From: Mayamaea pseudoterrestris
Taxonomy: Eukaryota
Reading direction: 5' to 3'
DNA: 64,000 bases
Assembly: GCA_027923505.1 (NCBI GenBank)
Contig: BROI01000005.1
Coordinates: forward strand, 62,001-126,000
Made by a program: the position numbers and the translations under genes. The notes below the pieces were generated by a model. The model was not told where the DNA came from. It searched no databases and saw nothing but the letters and a program-made list of their open reading frames with translations. Numbering within the stretch: the stretch's first letter is position 1; every line of letters begins with the position of its first letter. Of this stretch, positions 1-11,277 are shown one piece after another.

Positions 1-1168
1 CCAAATCGTGCGCCTCCTCCAAGGTTGACTCCTTGTCGCGCTGCTGGCGGCGGCGGCGAAAGCCGGCACCTCCAACGAGCAGGCCGAGAACGAAAAGGGA
101 TCCAACCACGGCGGCAATGGCAATGGTGGATGGTGAGGCGAGACTGTTGTCACTGTTGCTATCGCTACTACTGTTGCTATTGCCTTCCGAGGATGCCGTA
201 ATGGATGACGTGCTGTTGCCATTGACGTCTCTGTCTCCGCCAATGTTTGCGCCGTCGTCGTCACGAGCATTCGCAGGTGGAGCAACTGGAATAAAAATAT
301 CATCGTCGTCGTCAGCCTGCTGACTCGGTGCCTTTGTAGCTGCGTCTGCAGTTGCGTCACTACTCGGCTTATTGGTCGGTCGCAATGGAGCTCGCGTTGG
401 TTTGCGGCTAGGTTTGCGAGTGGGATTGCGAGTAGGTTTGCGCGAAGGCTTGCTAGTCGGTTTCCTTGCTGGAGCCTTGGTAGGCTTAATCGTAGGAGCA
501 TTGGTCTCTGCCTTTGTCGGTTCATCTGTATCTAGTACAATCTGAAAAGTTGGTTCCTCCGTCTTTACATCAGTTGGTTTTGGCGTAGTTGGTGTTCGCG
601 GGGTTGGAGATGGCGTAACTGGAGCAATCGTACTTGGCGCCAGTGTTGGAAAGCGCGTCGCCGGAGCCGGAGTCACTGGCATGCCTGTCGGCGCCTCGGT
701 CGGATCCAGCGTCGCCGTTCCAAACGAAAGGCTAGCCGCATTGGGTAGTACCGCTTGCAGTTTACTCACGCATTCGGGCGTTTTAATGGTTTCATGCACG
801 CAGTTATTTGCAACGTAACTAGTTGGAACTTGGGACTGCGAAAATTCCATGGAGCCGCTGACAATGACAATGCCTTGATTGTTGTAGCAGCTTGCGTCGC
901 CCAAATGAATAGTGTTGGCATATAGATTGCACTTGTAGGGAACCGTGGCCACGAGGCACTGGAGAATGGCGGATCGAACGTTATTCGCAACATCTTCCGA
1001 GCACCAGCTGGAGGAACCATATTGATCCACAACGCCCAAGTACATTTGCGATAGTGATACTGAGCCGGCATTTTGCGCTCTTGTTCCTTGCAATCGAGTA
1101 AAAAGTAGGAGCGATAGAAGCGCTGGGAAGAAGAAGCACCTCGAGAGGAGCAGTGCGCCTTGTCTCAT
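1..1168 (-). CDS. Type I membrane/cell-surface protein (signal peptide, Cys-containing domain, Pro/Thr/Lys-rich stalk, single TM); runs off the window start
   Basis: Missed by the ORF track because there is no stop inside the window. Hand translation from ATG 1168 gives MRQGALLLSRCFFFPALLSLLLFTRLQGTRAQ..., then repeats like PTKAPARKPTSKPSRKPTRNPTRKPS, then TM IAIAAVVGSLFVLGLLVGGAGF followed by RRRR. Confidence 0.8.
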   Translation of the reverse strand, partial: MRQGALLLSRCFFFPALLSLLLFTRLQGTRAQNAGSVSLSQMYLGVVDQYGSSSWCSEDVANNVRSAILQCLVATVPYKCNLYANTIHLGDASCYNNQGIVIVSGSMEFSQSQVPTSYVANNCVHETIKTPECVSKLQAVLPNAASLSFGTATLDPTEAPTGMPVTPAPATRFPTLAPSTIAPVTPSPTPRTPTTPKPTDVKTEEPTFQIVLDTDEPTKAETNAPTIKPTKAPARKPTSKPSRKPTRNPTRKPSRKPTRAPLRPTNKPSSDATADAATKAPSQQADDDDDIFIPVAPPANARDDDGANIGGDRDVNGNSTSSITASSEGNSNSSSDSNSDNSLASPSTIAIAAVVGSLFVLGLLVGGAGFRRRRQQRDKESTLEEAHDL

Positions 1169-1561
1169 TATTGTTCGTGTAAAATGAAAAACGAATCTTT
1201 CACAAGTTCAATAGCTTTTTCCGACAGTCTATTGTATAGTTCCTCGATCTCTTCAATATATAATGGATTGGAATATACTGGCCTCTGCTGCTGGAGCTCC
1301 GAGTGCGATATGAAGGAACGAATGCAATCGAGTGGAGCGTGTGCTTGCCATTGTCTGTTGCGCGCCGGCGCGGCGACCGCGACAAGACTCACCGGCAATC
1401 GTGAGCGACAAAGTTAGTCAGTCAAAACGTAGAGTGTGGCGAGCCAAAAGTCGCACTCGAGGACTGACAGTGAGGCGCAGCGGTACTCACAACACGAAGG
1501 TCGACGACATCCGCAGCAATTACAATCAAAATGAGACGCTTGCAGCGCTCTTGCAATCGAA

Positions 1562-2995
1562 ATGGCCGACCTGACTGTTTACGCCGAAACCCTCATTTCA
1601 ACGGTTGCGAGGGCATTTTATACGGATGATGAAGTTGTACTGATTGACGTATTGATCCGTGACAAGTTCCTCCGCGACGATGACATGGCCCTGCGCTTGT
1701 CGTTGCCAGCCAAACGATTGCGAGCAACGCTACAGTTCCTACAAGATGAACATTTAGTGTATTCAGAAACAGTTGATGATCTTGCGCAAGGAGGGAGCCA
1801 GGCCACGAAATTCTATTACTTGGATTATTGTCGCGCCGTTCATTCCATTCGACTGCGCATTCATTTGCTGCGGAAGAAACTCGAGCAAGATGAACTGCGC
1901 GCTCGATCGAGCTCGTTTTACCTTTGTCCAGGTTATGACATTAAAAGATGTAACGGACGATACACGGAAGCAGAAGCGCTGCAAGTTTGTCTGGATCCAG
2001 CCACTGGTTTGTTCCTGTGTCGGGAATGCAGCATGCTCTTTCGTAACGACCCCAACGCACCACCCGTCGAGGCATACAAATTGCAGCAAGTCGACAATGC
2101 AAAGGATTTGAAGCAAGCAGTTGACAGTTTACGTCGTGTCAACGTGCAACTATCGGCCAAGTCTATTGGAAACGATCAGCTACGAGCGGGTATCTACGAT
2201 TTATTGAAAAAGGTTCGAGTCAAGGGCAAGACCATTTCCAGCAACTTGCCATCCGAAAATTTTGCATTGGGGATTGGTTCCAAGCGAATCGCTGGCACTG
2301 GGCGCACCGCCAACAACAAGGCCAAAAAGATGGAGCAGATTGGGGTAGCGGAGAGCGCCGACCAAGCGCTCAATTTTCTAGTGGGAGGCGGTGGTGGTGG
2401 TCGCAACGCGGATGACTCTGATCTCATGTTTCTGAAGAACGCCATGGGCCATGAGGTTCGATTCATGGTGGAACGGGGTGGTGGCGCGCGGGCGCAGATC
2501 CTTGCCACGCGCAAACACAAACGACGCAAGCTCATGGATGCAGCGGCTAGCCGCATTGGTATTAGTTTGCCACTACATTTAAGAATTCGCGAGGAGGAAG
2601 ATCGAAAGAGGAGAAATGAAGAAGAGAAGAGACTAGCTGACGAGAAGGAAGGACGAAAGACAGCAAACGGTGCTGCGCTAACGTTTCTCGAGGACAATAT
2701 TGGGCGCAGTATAACTGCTGATGGTGGCGCAGTAGACCACGCCTCTGTCGTCCTTGTTGACACTGGAGAATCGTTTGATGACCCTGAAGATGAACTTGAG
2801 TTTGTCTTGCTGGATGACAATGATGATCTTCGCTTGTTGACCGAGGAGAATCGTCGAAGCTCGTTTCAGACCCAATACAAGCTAGAGATGGATCGACAGG
2901 CGAGCATGCTAGACTTGAACGTCACAGGGAGCCCAAAGCGAAGCACCAGCGACGACGAAGACCTTGTTTCAGTGGTTTGGATTGACGGTGATTAG
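1562..2995 (+). CDS. GTF2E1: Transcription initiation factor TFIIE alpha subunit
   Basis: N-terminal winged helix (VARAFY..VVLIDVL..LRDDDMA..YYLDY) followed by a zinc ribbon (YLCP..C..RYT..LDPATGLFLCREC). Confidence 0.88.
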   Translation: MADLTVYAETLISTVARAFYTDDEVVLIDVLIRDKFLRDDDMALRLSLPAKRLRATLQFLQDEHLVYSETVDDLAQGGSQATKFYYLDYCRAVHSIRLRIHLLRKKLEQDELRARSSSFYLCPGYDIKRCNGRYTEAEALQVCLDPATGLFLCRECSMLFRNDPNAPPVEAYKLQQVDNAKDLKQAVDSLRRVNVQLSAKSIGNDQLRAGIYDLLKKVRVKGKTISSNLPSENFALGIGSKRIAGTGRTANNKAKKMEQIGVAESADQALNFLVGGGGGGRNADDSDLMFLKNAMGHEVRFMVERGGGARAQILATRKHKRRKLMDAAASRIGISLPLHLRIREEEDRKRRNEEEKRLADEKEGRKTANGAALTFLEDNIGRSITADGGAVDHASVVLVDTGESFDDPEDELEFVLLDDNDDLRLLTEENRRSSFQTQYKLEMDRQASMLDLNVTGSPKRSTSDDEDLVSVVWIDGD

Positions 2996-3269
2996 TAATA
3001 AATGCACGTGTACATAAATTGATTGATCTCGTTGAATAGGCAAACATCAAATTTTATTAGTGCATTTTTAAGCTCACCTCGCAACTTTTGTTTTGGGCGA
3101 TTGGTACCGGTATGCTACACAAAAAAATAATGACATCGTCGGCCTCCTTTGCTACGTAGACGTAGCAATCCATGTGAGTACGCTGGGCTCAACCGTCATT
3201 GTAGATATTGCCGCCGTCATAGAATGATGCGCGTCGCTTCTGCACGAAGAACTATATATGGGTGCCTTG

Positions 3270-4442
3270 TCAGGATCTGTCATCACACTTGACCGGACTG
3301 TCGATACTCCAGCCATGCGGCAAGTAGTCGGGTGTCATGGTTTCTACAAAGTGAAGTCGCCAATCCTTGATAAAAGCCGACAAAACTTCGTCAGTGTTTG
3401 GCTGCGCCAGCAATGATTCCATGATTCGCTGCGCCCCTGTCTTGCAGTCGCGGTTTAGTGCGTGGTCATTTAACTGACTAATCTCTTGCAACTGCGCGTC
3501 TGTCATTGTAGAGCTCCATGTAATCCTGTCGTCCAACTTTTTAGCATAGTCTAGCATTATTCGTTCCAGTTCCTGCACTCGCTCGTCTGGCAGCTTATCG
3601 CGTCGCTGCAGTAGCGTTTTGGCGGCAGTCTTGACGCGGCGCAGGTCAGAGTCCACTATGAACTTTTTCGGTGGCGACACGGTACCAAGTAGTTCCTGGT
3701 CCAGCATTCGTACGCGTTCATTTGCCCTTTGCGCCGCTGGAACATGACAAGTCTCGGCGCAAACGACGACAATGTCGTGCGGAAGATGAGTTTTGTATTG
3801 GGCGGGAAGGAGCGATCGCAAGCAGTAAGGAACAATGGAGTGACGCATATAGTAGGCGCTGGGGTCGTTTCTTCCGCAAATGACACATCGATTCTGTTTC
3901 AAGTGAATCTGGGTTTCGTCGTTTTTTGGTTTATTTACATTTAATGCCGCACCAGCAGCAGAGGAAGATGACCCACGCGGTGCAAACAGCAGACGCAAGG
4001 AGGCAGGCTCGACGGAAGATTCATCAGGAACATTCTCCCAAGTAGCAAGGTTCCTAGCAATGTACCAATTGGCCTTTTTCATAGAAACTGAGCATAATAC
4101 GGTTCCATTTGGTTCCTTCATGAGTATATTGTCGTACAAGGGTTTCTTCATCGCTAGTTTTGGCATCATTTTTTGCCATCGCCTTTCCTTGTATAGGTCT
4201 CGTTCCAAATGCGTTGGAAGAAGTGTCTTGTCAATGATCTTTTTTTGCGATTCAGAGACTCGATTTGTTTGTCGTGAATTCTCCTTGTTGCGCCTCTTCC
4301 TGTAGGCATCAAGAACAATGGCAGCAAAAAGAATGCCGGCGGAAATGGCAGCAAGACCGTAAATTCTCGATTGCGACGCTGCTAGAGCCATTTTTAGCCC
4401 AGTTTCCTTCCAAAATTCCAGTGTACAGACTCGATTAGACAC
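3270..4442 (-). CDS. EXD2-like protein (N-terminal TM plus C-terminal HNH-like domain; no 3'-5' exonuclease domain visible)
   Basis: Motifs LYDNILM..PNG..LC...KKANWY, LRLLFAP, NRCVICG, RHSIVP..R..LP..YKTH..HDIVVVC..CH and WR.HFVETM.P.YLP.GW match the C-terminal half of EXD2. Confidence 0.75.
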   Translation of the reverse strand: MSNRVCTLEFWKETGLKMALAASQSRIYGLAAISAGILFAAIVLDAYRKRRNKENSRQTNRVSESQKKIIDKTLLPTHLERDLYKERRWQKMMPKLAMKKPLYDNILMKEPNGTVLCSVSMKKANWYIARNLATWENVPDESSVEPASLRLLFAPRGSSSSAAGAALNVNKPKNDETQIHLKQNRCVICGRNDPSAYYMRHSIVPYCLRSLLPAQYKTHLPHDIVVVCAETCHVPAAQRANERVRMLDQELLGTVSPPKKFIVDSDLRRVKTAAKTLLQRRDKLPDERVQELERIMLDYAKKLDDRITWSSTMTDAQLQEISQLNDHALNRDCKTGAQRIMESLLAQPNTDEVLSAFIKDWRLHFVETMTPDYLPHGWSIDSPVKCDDRS

Positions 4443-4864
4443 ATATGAATGCGTATAACATGTCAGACTTTCGACCTATCGTAGCATAGCGTAAATCCTG
4501 CGAACCGGCGCCATCATCATGATGTCGTGCTGTAGCTTTGAACTGAAATGGAAGGTCCGCGTTGATGGTCGACAAATTTGTGAGCAGTCCGCCCGGCTTG
4601 ATCATGGACGGGACCCACGTCACGGAGCATGTCTTCACTCTGTGATAGTGTGTACAAATATGAAATTCAGACGCGTGCCGGGCATCGTGAACCGTTCAAC
4701 GAATGTGTCGGTTGAAATTTGAAACACCACATTCGGATTTTCTTCCATGGCCTTACTGCATGATCCCACGAGCGCTATTGCACCTCTTTCGTCCTTAAAG
4801 TCAAGTCTCATCAAGTTTAACGCTAATTATCATCCAGGTGTTGTGTGTGTGAATCCATTCTAGT

Positions 4865-6274
4865 TTGAGAATCAGGGGAAGAATGATCAAACGAAGGACA
4901 GTGCACATGCATCTGCTGATAATTGTTCTGTTGAAGCTGATAGCATCATGCCGCGCCGATTCCAGCTCGATAAGGAAGGGTGCGACGCTCCAAAGGCGCC
5001 TGGACGGTGATACTTACGAAGGTGGTGCTACTCGCATTTTGATACAACCATTTTCAGTCGTATTAGCTGGGGCGTCAAAAGCTTTTACATCATCCGATTT
5101 GAATGCGCTTTACAAGACCATGGACCAAGTGGTATATGACTACGTGCTCCAGACGAAAACAGTCGACAATGTCTCGTATCTGCTATTGGGAGACATTAGT
5201 TCATCCAAGCCTAAGGAGGGATCAATTGACTTGCATTTAAACACTGGAGTGCTCAAAATGGACGCGTCATCTAGTAACACGCCAGATGAAGCGACACTCA
5301 ATGCCTGGATTGCCGAAGCAATAAACAAAAACTTTGTTAAAGCACTCCAAGATACACCGTACCCGTACTTGACGGAAGCAAAATATGCGGTTGTTGATCC
5401 CCCGGTGAGCGACGAAGAAGGAGCATCGACTGACGATAAAGTTGGCACGGATGACCGGGAGGCAAGCGGCATTATCGACGAACCTGCTTCCACAGTCACT
5501 ACGAAGAGCCCGTCTGGTGTCATTGTTGGAGCCTGCGTTGGTGCAGCAACAGTTGTTGGCTTACTTGCCATGCTACTGGTAAAGCGCGACAAGCGGTCCA
5601 CTGGCTACATTGAGCAGCAAAACAGCAAGGACGAAACTGCCTTTCCTGATGCGGCACCGCGGGATATGCAGGATATTTTCGTGGCAACAGGTAGAAATGA
5701 CGATAAGCGGTCTCCGTCGGGTCTGACCCTAGCGCTGTCGCAGATACATCAGAGCCTTGTATCAAATTCATCAGGGCTTTCCTCATCGACTTCCTCCACA
5801 GATCATTCTGACCCCACTCCGGCCATACAGATCGTAAGTGGTAAGCCAGGTATTCTTGGCGCTGCTCCCATGATACTCGATGACGGCAGGAGCTTGGATG
5901 GGAACGAGAGTGACTTTACCGTCAACACGGAAGCGGGTGACTCGACCGCGGTCAAGAGCTTGCCGACGCAGAAGTTGCATCGTCCGACCGACATCGTCGC
6001 ATCTGTTGAAAGAGAGTCGTTTGAGCGAGATCGGCAAGTATGCATTCGAAAGGACATGATGACGTCTACATGGTCTGGCAATACGCAACATCCTCCACCA
6101 CCACAGAATGAAAGCGTGCTTGAGCCATCACATCTCACGGCATCGCAGGCGCGCCAGGAACAAAGGCCAAGGGATGAAATGCTAGTCATTGAGCATGGGG
6201 GTCATGACGGTAGTAGCAAGCCAAATCCTGCGTCTCAAGTGTCTCGAATGGCGAGGTTCGGCGACGCCGTGTAA
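4865..6274 (+). CDS. Single-pass membrane protein with signal peptide and RRL (RxL) propeptide motif
   Basis: Long ORF with a hydrophobic N-terminus (MHLLIIVLLKLIASCRA; true start probably a downstream ATG), QRRLDG, TM VIVGACVGAATVVGLLAMLLV-KR and a low-complexity cytosolic tail. Confidence 0.7.
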   Translation: MRIRGRMIKRRTVHMHLLIIVLLKLIASCRADSSSIRKGATLQRRLDGDTYEGGATRILIQPFSVVLAGASKAFTSSDLNALYKTMDQVVYDYVLQTKTVDNVSYLLLGDISSSKPKEGSIDLHLNTGVLKMDASSSNTPDEATLNAWIAEAINKNFVKALQDTPYPYLTEAKYAVVDPPVSDEEGASTDDKVGTDDREASGIIDEPASTVTTKSPSGVIVGACVGAATVVGLLAMLLVKRDKRSTGYIEQQNSKDETAFPDAAPRDMQDIFVATGRNDDKRSPSGLTLALSQIHQSLVSNSSGLSSSTSSTDHSDPTPAIQIVSGKPGILGAAPMILDDGRSLDGNESDFTVNTEAGDSTAVKSLPTQKLHRPTDIVASVERESFERDRQVCIRKDMMTSTWSGNTQHPPPPQNESVLEPSHLTASQARQEQRPRDEMLVIEHGGHDGSSKPNPASQVSRMARFGDAV

Positions 6275-6337
6275 TACTATATTCATAAATTTGTTGGAAA
6301 ATTATTTTGCATGGTGTGCAGCAAACTAGAAGGATTA

Positions 6338-8485
6338 TTAGCTTCGGTCAGTTTCCATTTGCAAAGTCCAGTCATCGTCACCGTCATCTGCATTTGGAAA
6401 TTCGGGAGGAATGCGCGTACCTGTTCGGTTGTTGTCGTTATCCACAAACGTGCTTGACAGGTTTTCGGTGCGAGGAGTCTCGTGAATGTCGCGGGTGTTG
6501 ATATTGTTACTACTGATATTGCTATTATCGTCATCCACATGCATGCTCACTTCCATAATGGCTTGCAAGGCGCTTGTCTCGACTGCATCATTGAGACTGT
6601 TGCTCGATTCTAACGAACCAAGGTCTTCGCCAAAACCAGCGGCGTCCGTGGGCCGGTTCAATTGCTGTTCACTAAAATTGAAATTATCTTCATTGTGTAT
6701 TGAGCTTACTGTGGATCGCAGCGATGTGGAAGATAGAGGTCGTCGGTGCATCACCACTTCACCGTTCATGAAGAAGAGATATGATTCGTCGCGATCGTCC
6801 TCGTCCGTGCTTCCGTGATGAAACACCACAGACGAGCCGGCTTGACGGCTTCCAGACGACGTCTGACTGCCTTGCCGCACAATCGTGTACTGGTGCTGCT
6901 GAACGACGCGAGGAGATAGGGAAATCTGCGGGCCTGGCAACCTCGTCAAACCTGCCGATTGTTGCGGCCCATGTTGATGCAGGTGATGTCCATTTCCATT
7001 CTCGTTGCTGTTATTCCCCATGCGAGGGTTGCTGAGTGAGACTTGTCCATGCGCGACAGCCGGCAATTCATAGCGACAAAAGAAGAATAGCATGGAATGA
7101 GCCATGAACAAGACGGTCGATGTCAAGGCCGTGTATGAAAATCCGAACGGAAAGGAAAAGAGGTAGTAATGAAAGAGCGAAAAGAGGAGGAAGAATATGC
7201 GAGGAAAGTAATGCATGCCTTGGGCAGAGCGTAGACTGAAGAGGTGAATGCGAGTATGAGGCAATGATGATTCACGAGCAAAACAAAACAACCCATTCTA
7301 TGCGTACCTAATGACAGAAAAAACTTCACAAAGCCACACCAAACTCAGCACCATAAAGGCCAAGAACTTGTCCCCGTGATAAAATTCGGTCAGGAAAAAG
7401 CAGAGGCCAATCATTTGCGGAACAAACACCAAGTTTTGCAGCAAATGCGTCGTCACCAATGTCCACACCGATTGTCGCAGTCGAACCTGCGCCTGCAGCG
7501 AGTGGGTAAAGTCAAGCATGCGCTCCTGCGTTTCGCGGAGCGTAAAGGAAATGAGCGTTGTAGTTGTAAAAAAGAGAAAGCTCGTTTTGATGACAACGGC
7601 AAGTTTGGATAAAAAGGGTTGGTGCCATAAGAATGGCGGTGATGCGAATGGATACGTCTGATGTGATCGGCGGCTCGAGTAAAGTGATCTTTTTGTATTG
7701 TAGAAGTTGTAGTCCGAGTAGTAGTGATAGTATTGACCCGTCGTGGCGAATTGAAACTGCTGCTCCAAATCAGTAATTGTGTCGGTGCGTGGATTGTAAA
7801 CAAAGAATGGTTGCTGATTTTGATCGCTATTCATTAGCCCAATGATCCAGTTCATTGCGACTGTCTCTGGACTTGTAAGCCTGTGAACAATTTTTTGCAG
7901 AAAGGGCTCTCCAAAGCACCGAACGTCGCGTTTTGCAACAACTACATGCTGGACTGTCAAATTTCGGTCACGACAAACGTCTGGAGTCAGCAACAGGTAG
8001 CCTTTGGTAAATGAATAAGAAAAGATGCTTCGCGTCATATTTTGTGCAAATTGCTTTGGAATATTGCAAGTTTCGTTCATTGCAGTAACATTATCCTCTT
8101 GCTTTTGTTGCTTGGAAACAAAGGATGCTTGCTGCGTTGCTGTGTCATCGTCGTCGTCCAGAACGCTGATATGCGTCACATCCACGCCATTTCTTGCAAA
8201 TTCAGGTATAGAAGTCAGACAAGTAGACGGTATTTTGTATTTCATATACGATTTGACAGAGTTTATATGACTTCGTGATCCATTTTCGCCTCGATGGACA
8301 AAGGATAGATGCGCCAGAAGCAGCATGCCAAAGCAGCAGACGGCCAAGACGAGCAAAACATGCTCCAAAATGCTTCGAGTCCGAGCACTTAATTTTCGGA
8401 GTGTCTGTGTACATAGCTGATGATGCAAGTTGAACAAGACTCGCTCCATGGCGGATGGGTGCGCTAAACTCGGCGACGACACCAT
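6338..8485 (-). CDS. TMEM259: Membralin (TMEM259) homolog, 2 exons (intron 7236..7307)
   Basis: Motifs ERVLF..LEHVLL..LLAHLSFV, ISFTLRETQ and MIGLCFFLTEFY..DKFLAFMVLSLVWLCE. A GT-AG intron joins FSVI-SLRS..FPRIFFL..YELPA in frame. Confidence 0.88.
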
Positions 8486-8621
8486 GGTGATTTTGTGTTG
8501 CGTTTTGCGTTTGCGCGAAATTTTTTAGCGTCGGACTGGTATTGAATGGGTACCGGTGCGATTTTAGTCTTACCGCGAATGGCTGAACACGACAACCTGC
8601 GCCTCACAAATTTCCGTCACC

Positions 8622-9467
8622 ATGGCGTCCTCCTTGATGTCTCGACGGCTGGTTGCGAAAGCACCATTCGCCCAACCGATTGCGAGAAAATGCCTGCAAT
8701 CTGAAGTTGTAAACTATCAATTAAATCATTCACCATTAGCTCGTTCATTTTCGAGTCGACCGCCTCCGCCTCGCCTCCGATTTCCTCCCGGCTTTGACTC
8801 GATCGCGCAGCGCGCCGTCCGGGGCGACCAGGATAACGTTCGACCACACGTTGTGACGCTATTTCCCGGCGACTTTTCGGATGATTCTGATTCCATCTTT
8901 GACACGGAGGAAGCCTATGGCGGTGAACGAAAGAATGCTGCTTCTGCAGCTGACGACGACGACAAGACTGCCAAAATTATGGAGGAACTAAAATTTTTGG
9001 AGCAGCAAGCCGCTGCCAAAAAGCAACGATGGCTCGACAACAATGAGCCTCCCGTTCGCGTTTCGGAGATTGACGAGCGAGGTCGCGCCTACGGACGCGG
9101 CGGTCGCAAGACGGCGTCGGCGCGTGTTTGGATCCAACCGGGATTCGGACAAGTCTTGGTGAACAAACGACCGTTCGTCGAGTACTTTGCAAGACAATCG
9201 GACCGTGACTTGATATTGGAACCCTTAGTGGTGACGGAGACCTGCGGCAAGTTTGATGTGACCATCATGGTGCAGAGTGGCGGCCTCACTGGACAGGCTG
9301 GTGCGGCCCGACACGGAGTGGCGAACGCCTTGAACCACTACAATCCCGATTTGTATCGGTATCCGCTCAAGCGCATGGGCTTTTTGACGCGCGATGCGCG
9401 CATGGTGGAGCGAAAAGTTGTGGGACGCGTCAAGGCGAGAAAGTCGCCGCAGTGGGTGCGTCGTTGA
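8622..9467 (+). CDS. MRPS9: Mitochondrial ribosomal protein uS9
   Basis: GRGGRKTASARVWI, GGLTGQAGAARHG and LTRDARMVERK..KARKSPQWVRR, with an Arg/Ser-rich N-terminal presequence. Confidence 0.93.
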   Translation: MASSLMSRRLVAKAPFAQPIARKCLQSEVVNYQLNHSPLARSFSSRPPPPRLRFPPGFDSIAQRAVRGDQDNVRPHVVTLFPGDFSDDSDSIFDTEEAYGGERKNAASAADDDDKTAKIMEELKFLEQQAAAKKQRWLDNNEPPVRVSEIDERGRAYGRGGRKTASARVWIQPGFGQVLVNKRPFVEYFARQSDRDLILEPLVVTETCGKFDVTIMVQSGGLTGQAGAARHGVANALNHYNPDLYRYPLKRMGFLTRDARMVERKVVGRVKARKSPQWVRR

Positions 9468-9525
9468 GTGCAACGAGGTTTGGCTACTGTTTACGTAAAC
9501 ATGGATCATTACGCATATAATATAT

Positions 9526-10420
9526 CTATGTTCTACGCTTTACATATGTCCCAATCCAGTTCACATCTGTATCGTTGGCATCCAGCTTCCAGTCCCAGTT
9601 ACCAAAGAGTGGCGGCTTGTTGAGAACCATTCCAGTGACATTGACCTGTTGGAGCGATGTATTTGCAGCAGCCATTAGGCTTTCCACTTCACTTGGCGCA
9701 CAATACTTGTTCCAGTCATGCGTTCCAACTGGAATATACTTCATAATGTATTCGGCGCCAAGGATTGTCAATAGATATGATTTCATGGTGCGATTAATGG
9801 TGGAAATAAAGAGTAATCCATTTGGCTTTAACAGTTTCGACGACGTTTGCAAGAGTGACGAAACGTCCGTCACATGCTCAATCACTTCGAGTAGACATAT
9901 GACGTCAAAGCCTTCCGCGTGCTGCGCCGCCAATTCCTCCGCAGTGGTGCACTGGTAGCTAATGGATTGCATTCGCGTCGAGCAGCAAGCTGTGGGCTTG
10001 GGCAGCCTCGACTAGCTTGGCGGAAGGATCAATGCCTGTCACGGTGGCACCAAGGCGGGCCAGTGACTCGCAGGCAAGGCCTCCGCCACATCCAATGTCC
10101 AGTGCGTGTAATCCAGACAGTGGTAGTGTTGTTTGGTTGGGATCGTTTGTCACCGTGTCTGGGCCGTGATGCTTGAGTATCATGTCTCGAATGTACTGAA
10201 TACGAATGGCGTTCATATGTATCAGCGGATTCTTCTTGGCATCCCACCAGCTATCATCGAGGGCACTGAATTTTTCAACTTCCTTGCTGGAAACGGAAGA
10301 GTTGTTTCGCATTATGATGTCGAGTCGACGACCAACAAAGGTCACTTTTGATGGCGCAGCCGTGACTTTAGCGATGCGTGATAGCGGCTGCAGCGCGTAT
10401 CTCGACATTAGTGAGCTCAT
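9526..10420 (-). CDS. COQ3: Ubiquinone biosynthesis O-methyltransferase COQ3/UbiG, reading frame broken at ~9973
   Basis: EVEKFSAL..WWD..LIHMNAIRIQYI and LDIGCGGGL..ESLARLGA lie in one frame; FDVICLLEVIEHV..STINRT..GAEYI..GTHDW lie in the next. No usable intron between them. Confidence 0.85.
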
Positions 10421-11277
10421 TCTTGTTGATGCAATAGTAAAAAGATGATTGTATTAACTGTAAGTGAGCATTTTAACTATTCATGGGACCTCCAATCGAC
10501 GGAAGAAAATAATGGCGAAAGCGTTTCGAAATCTCATAAGGCTGGTTAACGCTACGACAGAAATCCGAGGTTTATCCTCGCTAGTACTGAGGTATGGAGT
10601 TTTTTTGGGTCACATCCGGGTCTTTTCCGGGTTGTGATAAAAAAAATCCTTAAATAAATGCCGTCGGGGCTTAAGTAAAAAAAATATCCCTGCTCAAACT
10701 CTACAGCAAGGTTTAAATCGTCATACAGAAAAGTACTATCGTGCACGGAAAAGACATAAATCTATGTTAGTACTTATTAGGGTTAATTTTAATTAAGCTT
10801 ACACAATGTTACACACTGTTTTTATTTATGGCCTGTTTTATAGATACCTTTTTTACTTATGTATTATGACCCTTAACTCGCATTGGTTATAAAGCATGAC
10901 GCTCCTTTGGCAATTGCAAACAGTTCGTATGCAACTTGGATGGCCCAATAACAGCATTCAACACTTATTCCATCCTTTAATATACAAGCGGCAACGGTTC
11001 CTGATGTCTATAATGGTTATATGGTTGGCGCTGGCTTTTGAAACGAATTTGCTGAAGCATTACAGTGGGGAACTGCTATGACGTTACGTCATACGGTACT
11101 TAAAGTCACACCGGTACTTATCGCCGTCAGTCAAAAATCATCAAAGCCGGCGCTGTCGATGGAATCGATGGAAAAAGCGGTGGACCTGTCGTTTGTGTCA
11201 TTATAACTCTACCATCAAGTTGATTCGCCCCATATCATTCACTCATCCTGTACAAGATAATATCAACACCACCAGCT

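Noticed and set aside
2194..2820. Long antisense ORFs (also 5140-5601, 28002-28655, 47162-47698 and others)
   Set aside because: Shadows of real genes on the opposite strand, with no motifs of their own.
3149..3168. 9-bp inverted repeat TTGCTACGT-AG-ACGTAGCAA (a similar 9-bp pair lies at 29861-29893)
   Set aside because: Short isolated intergenic hairpins with no supporting context; bacterial-type terminators are not expected here.
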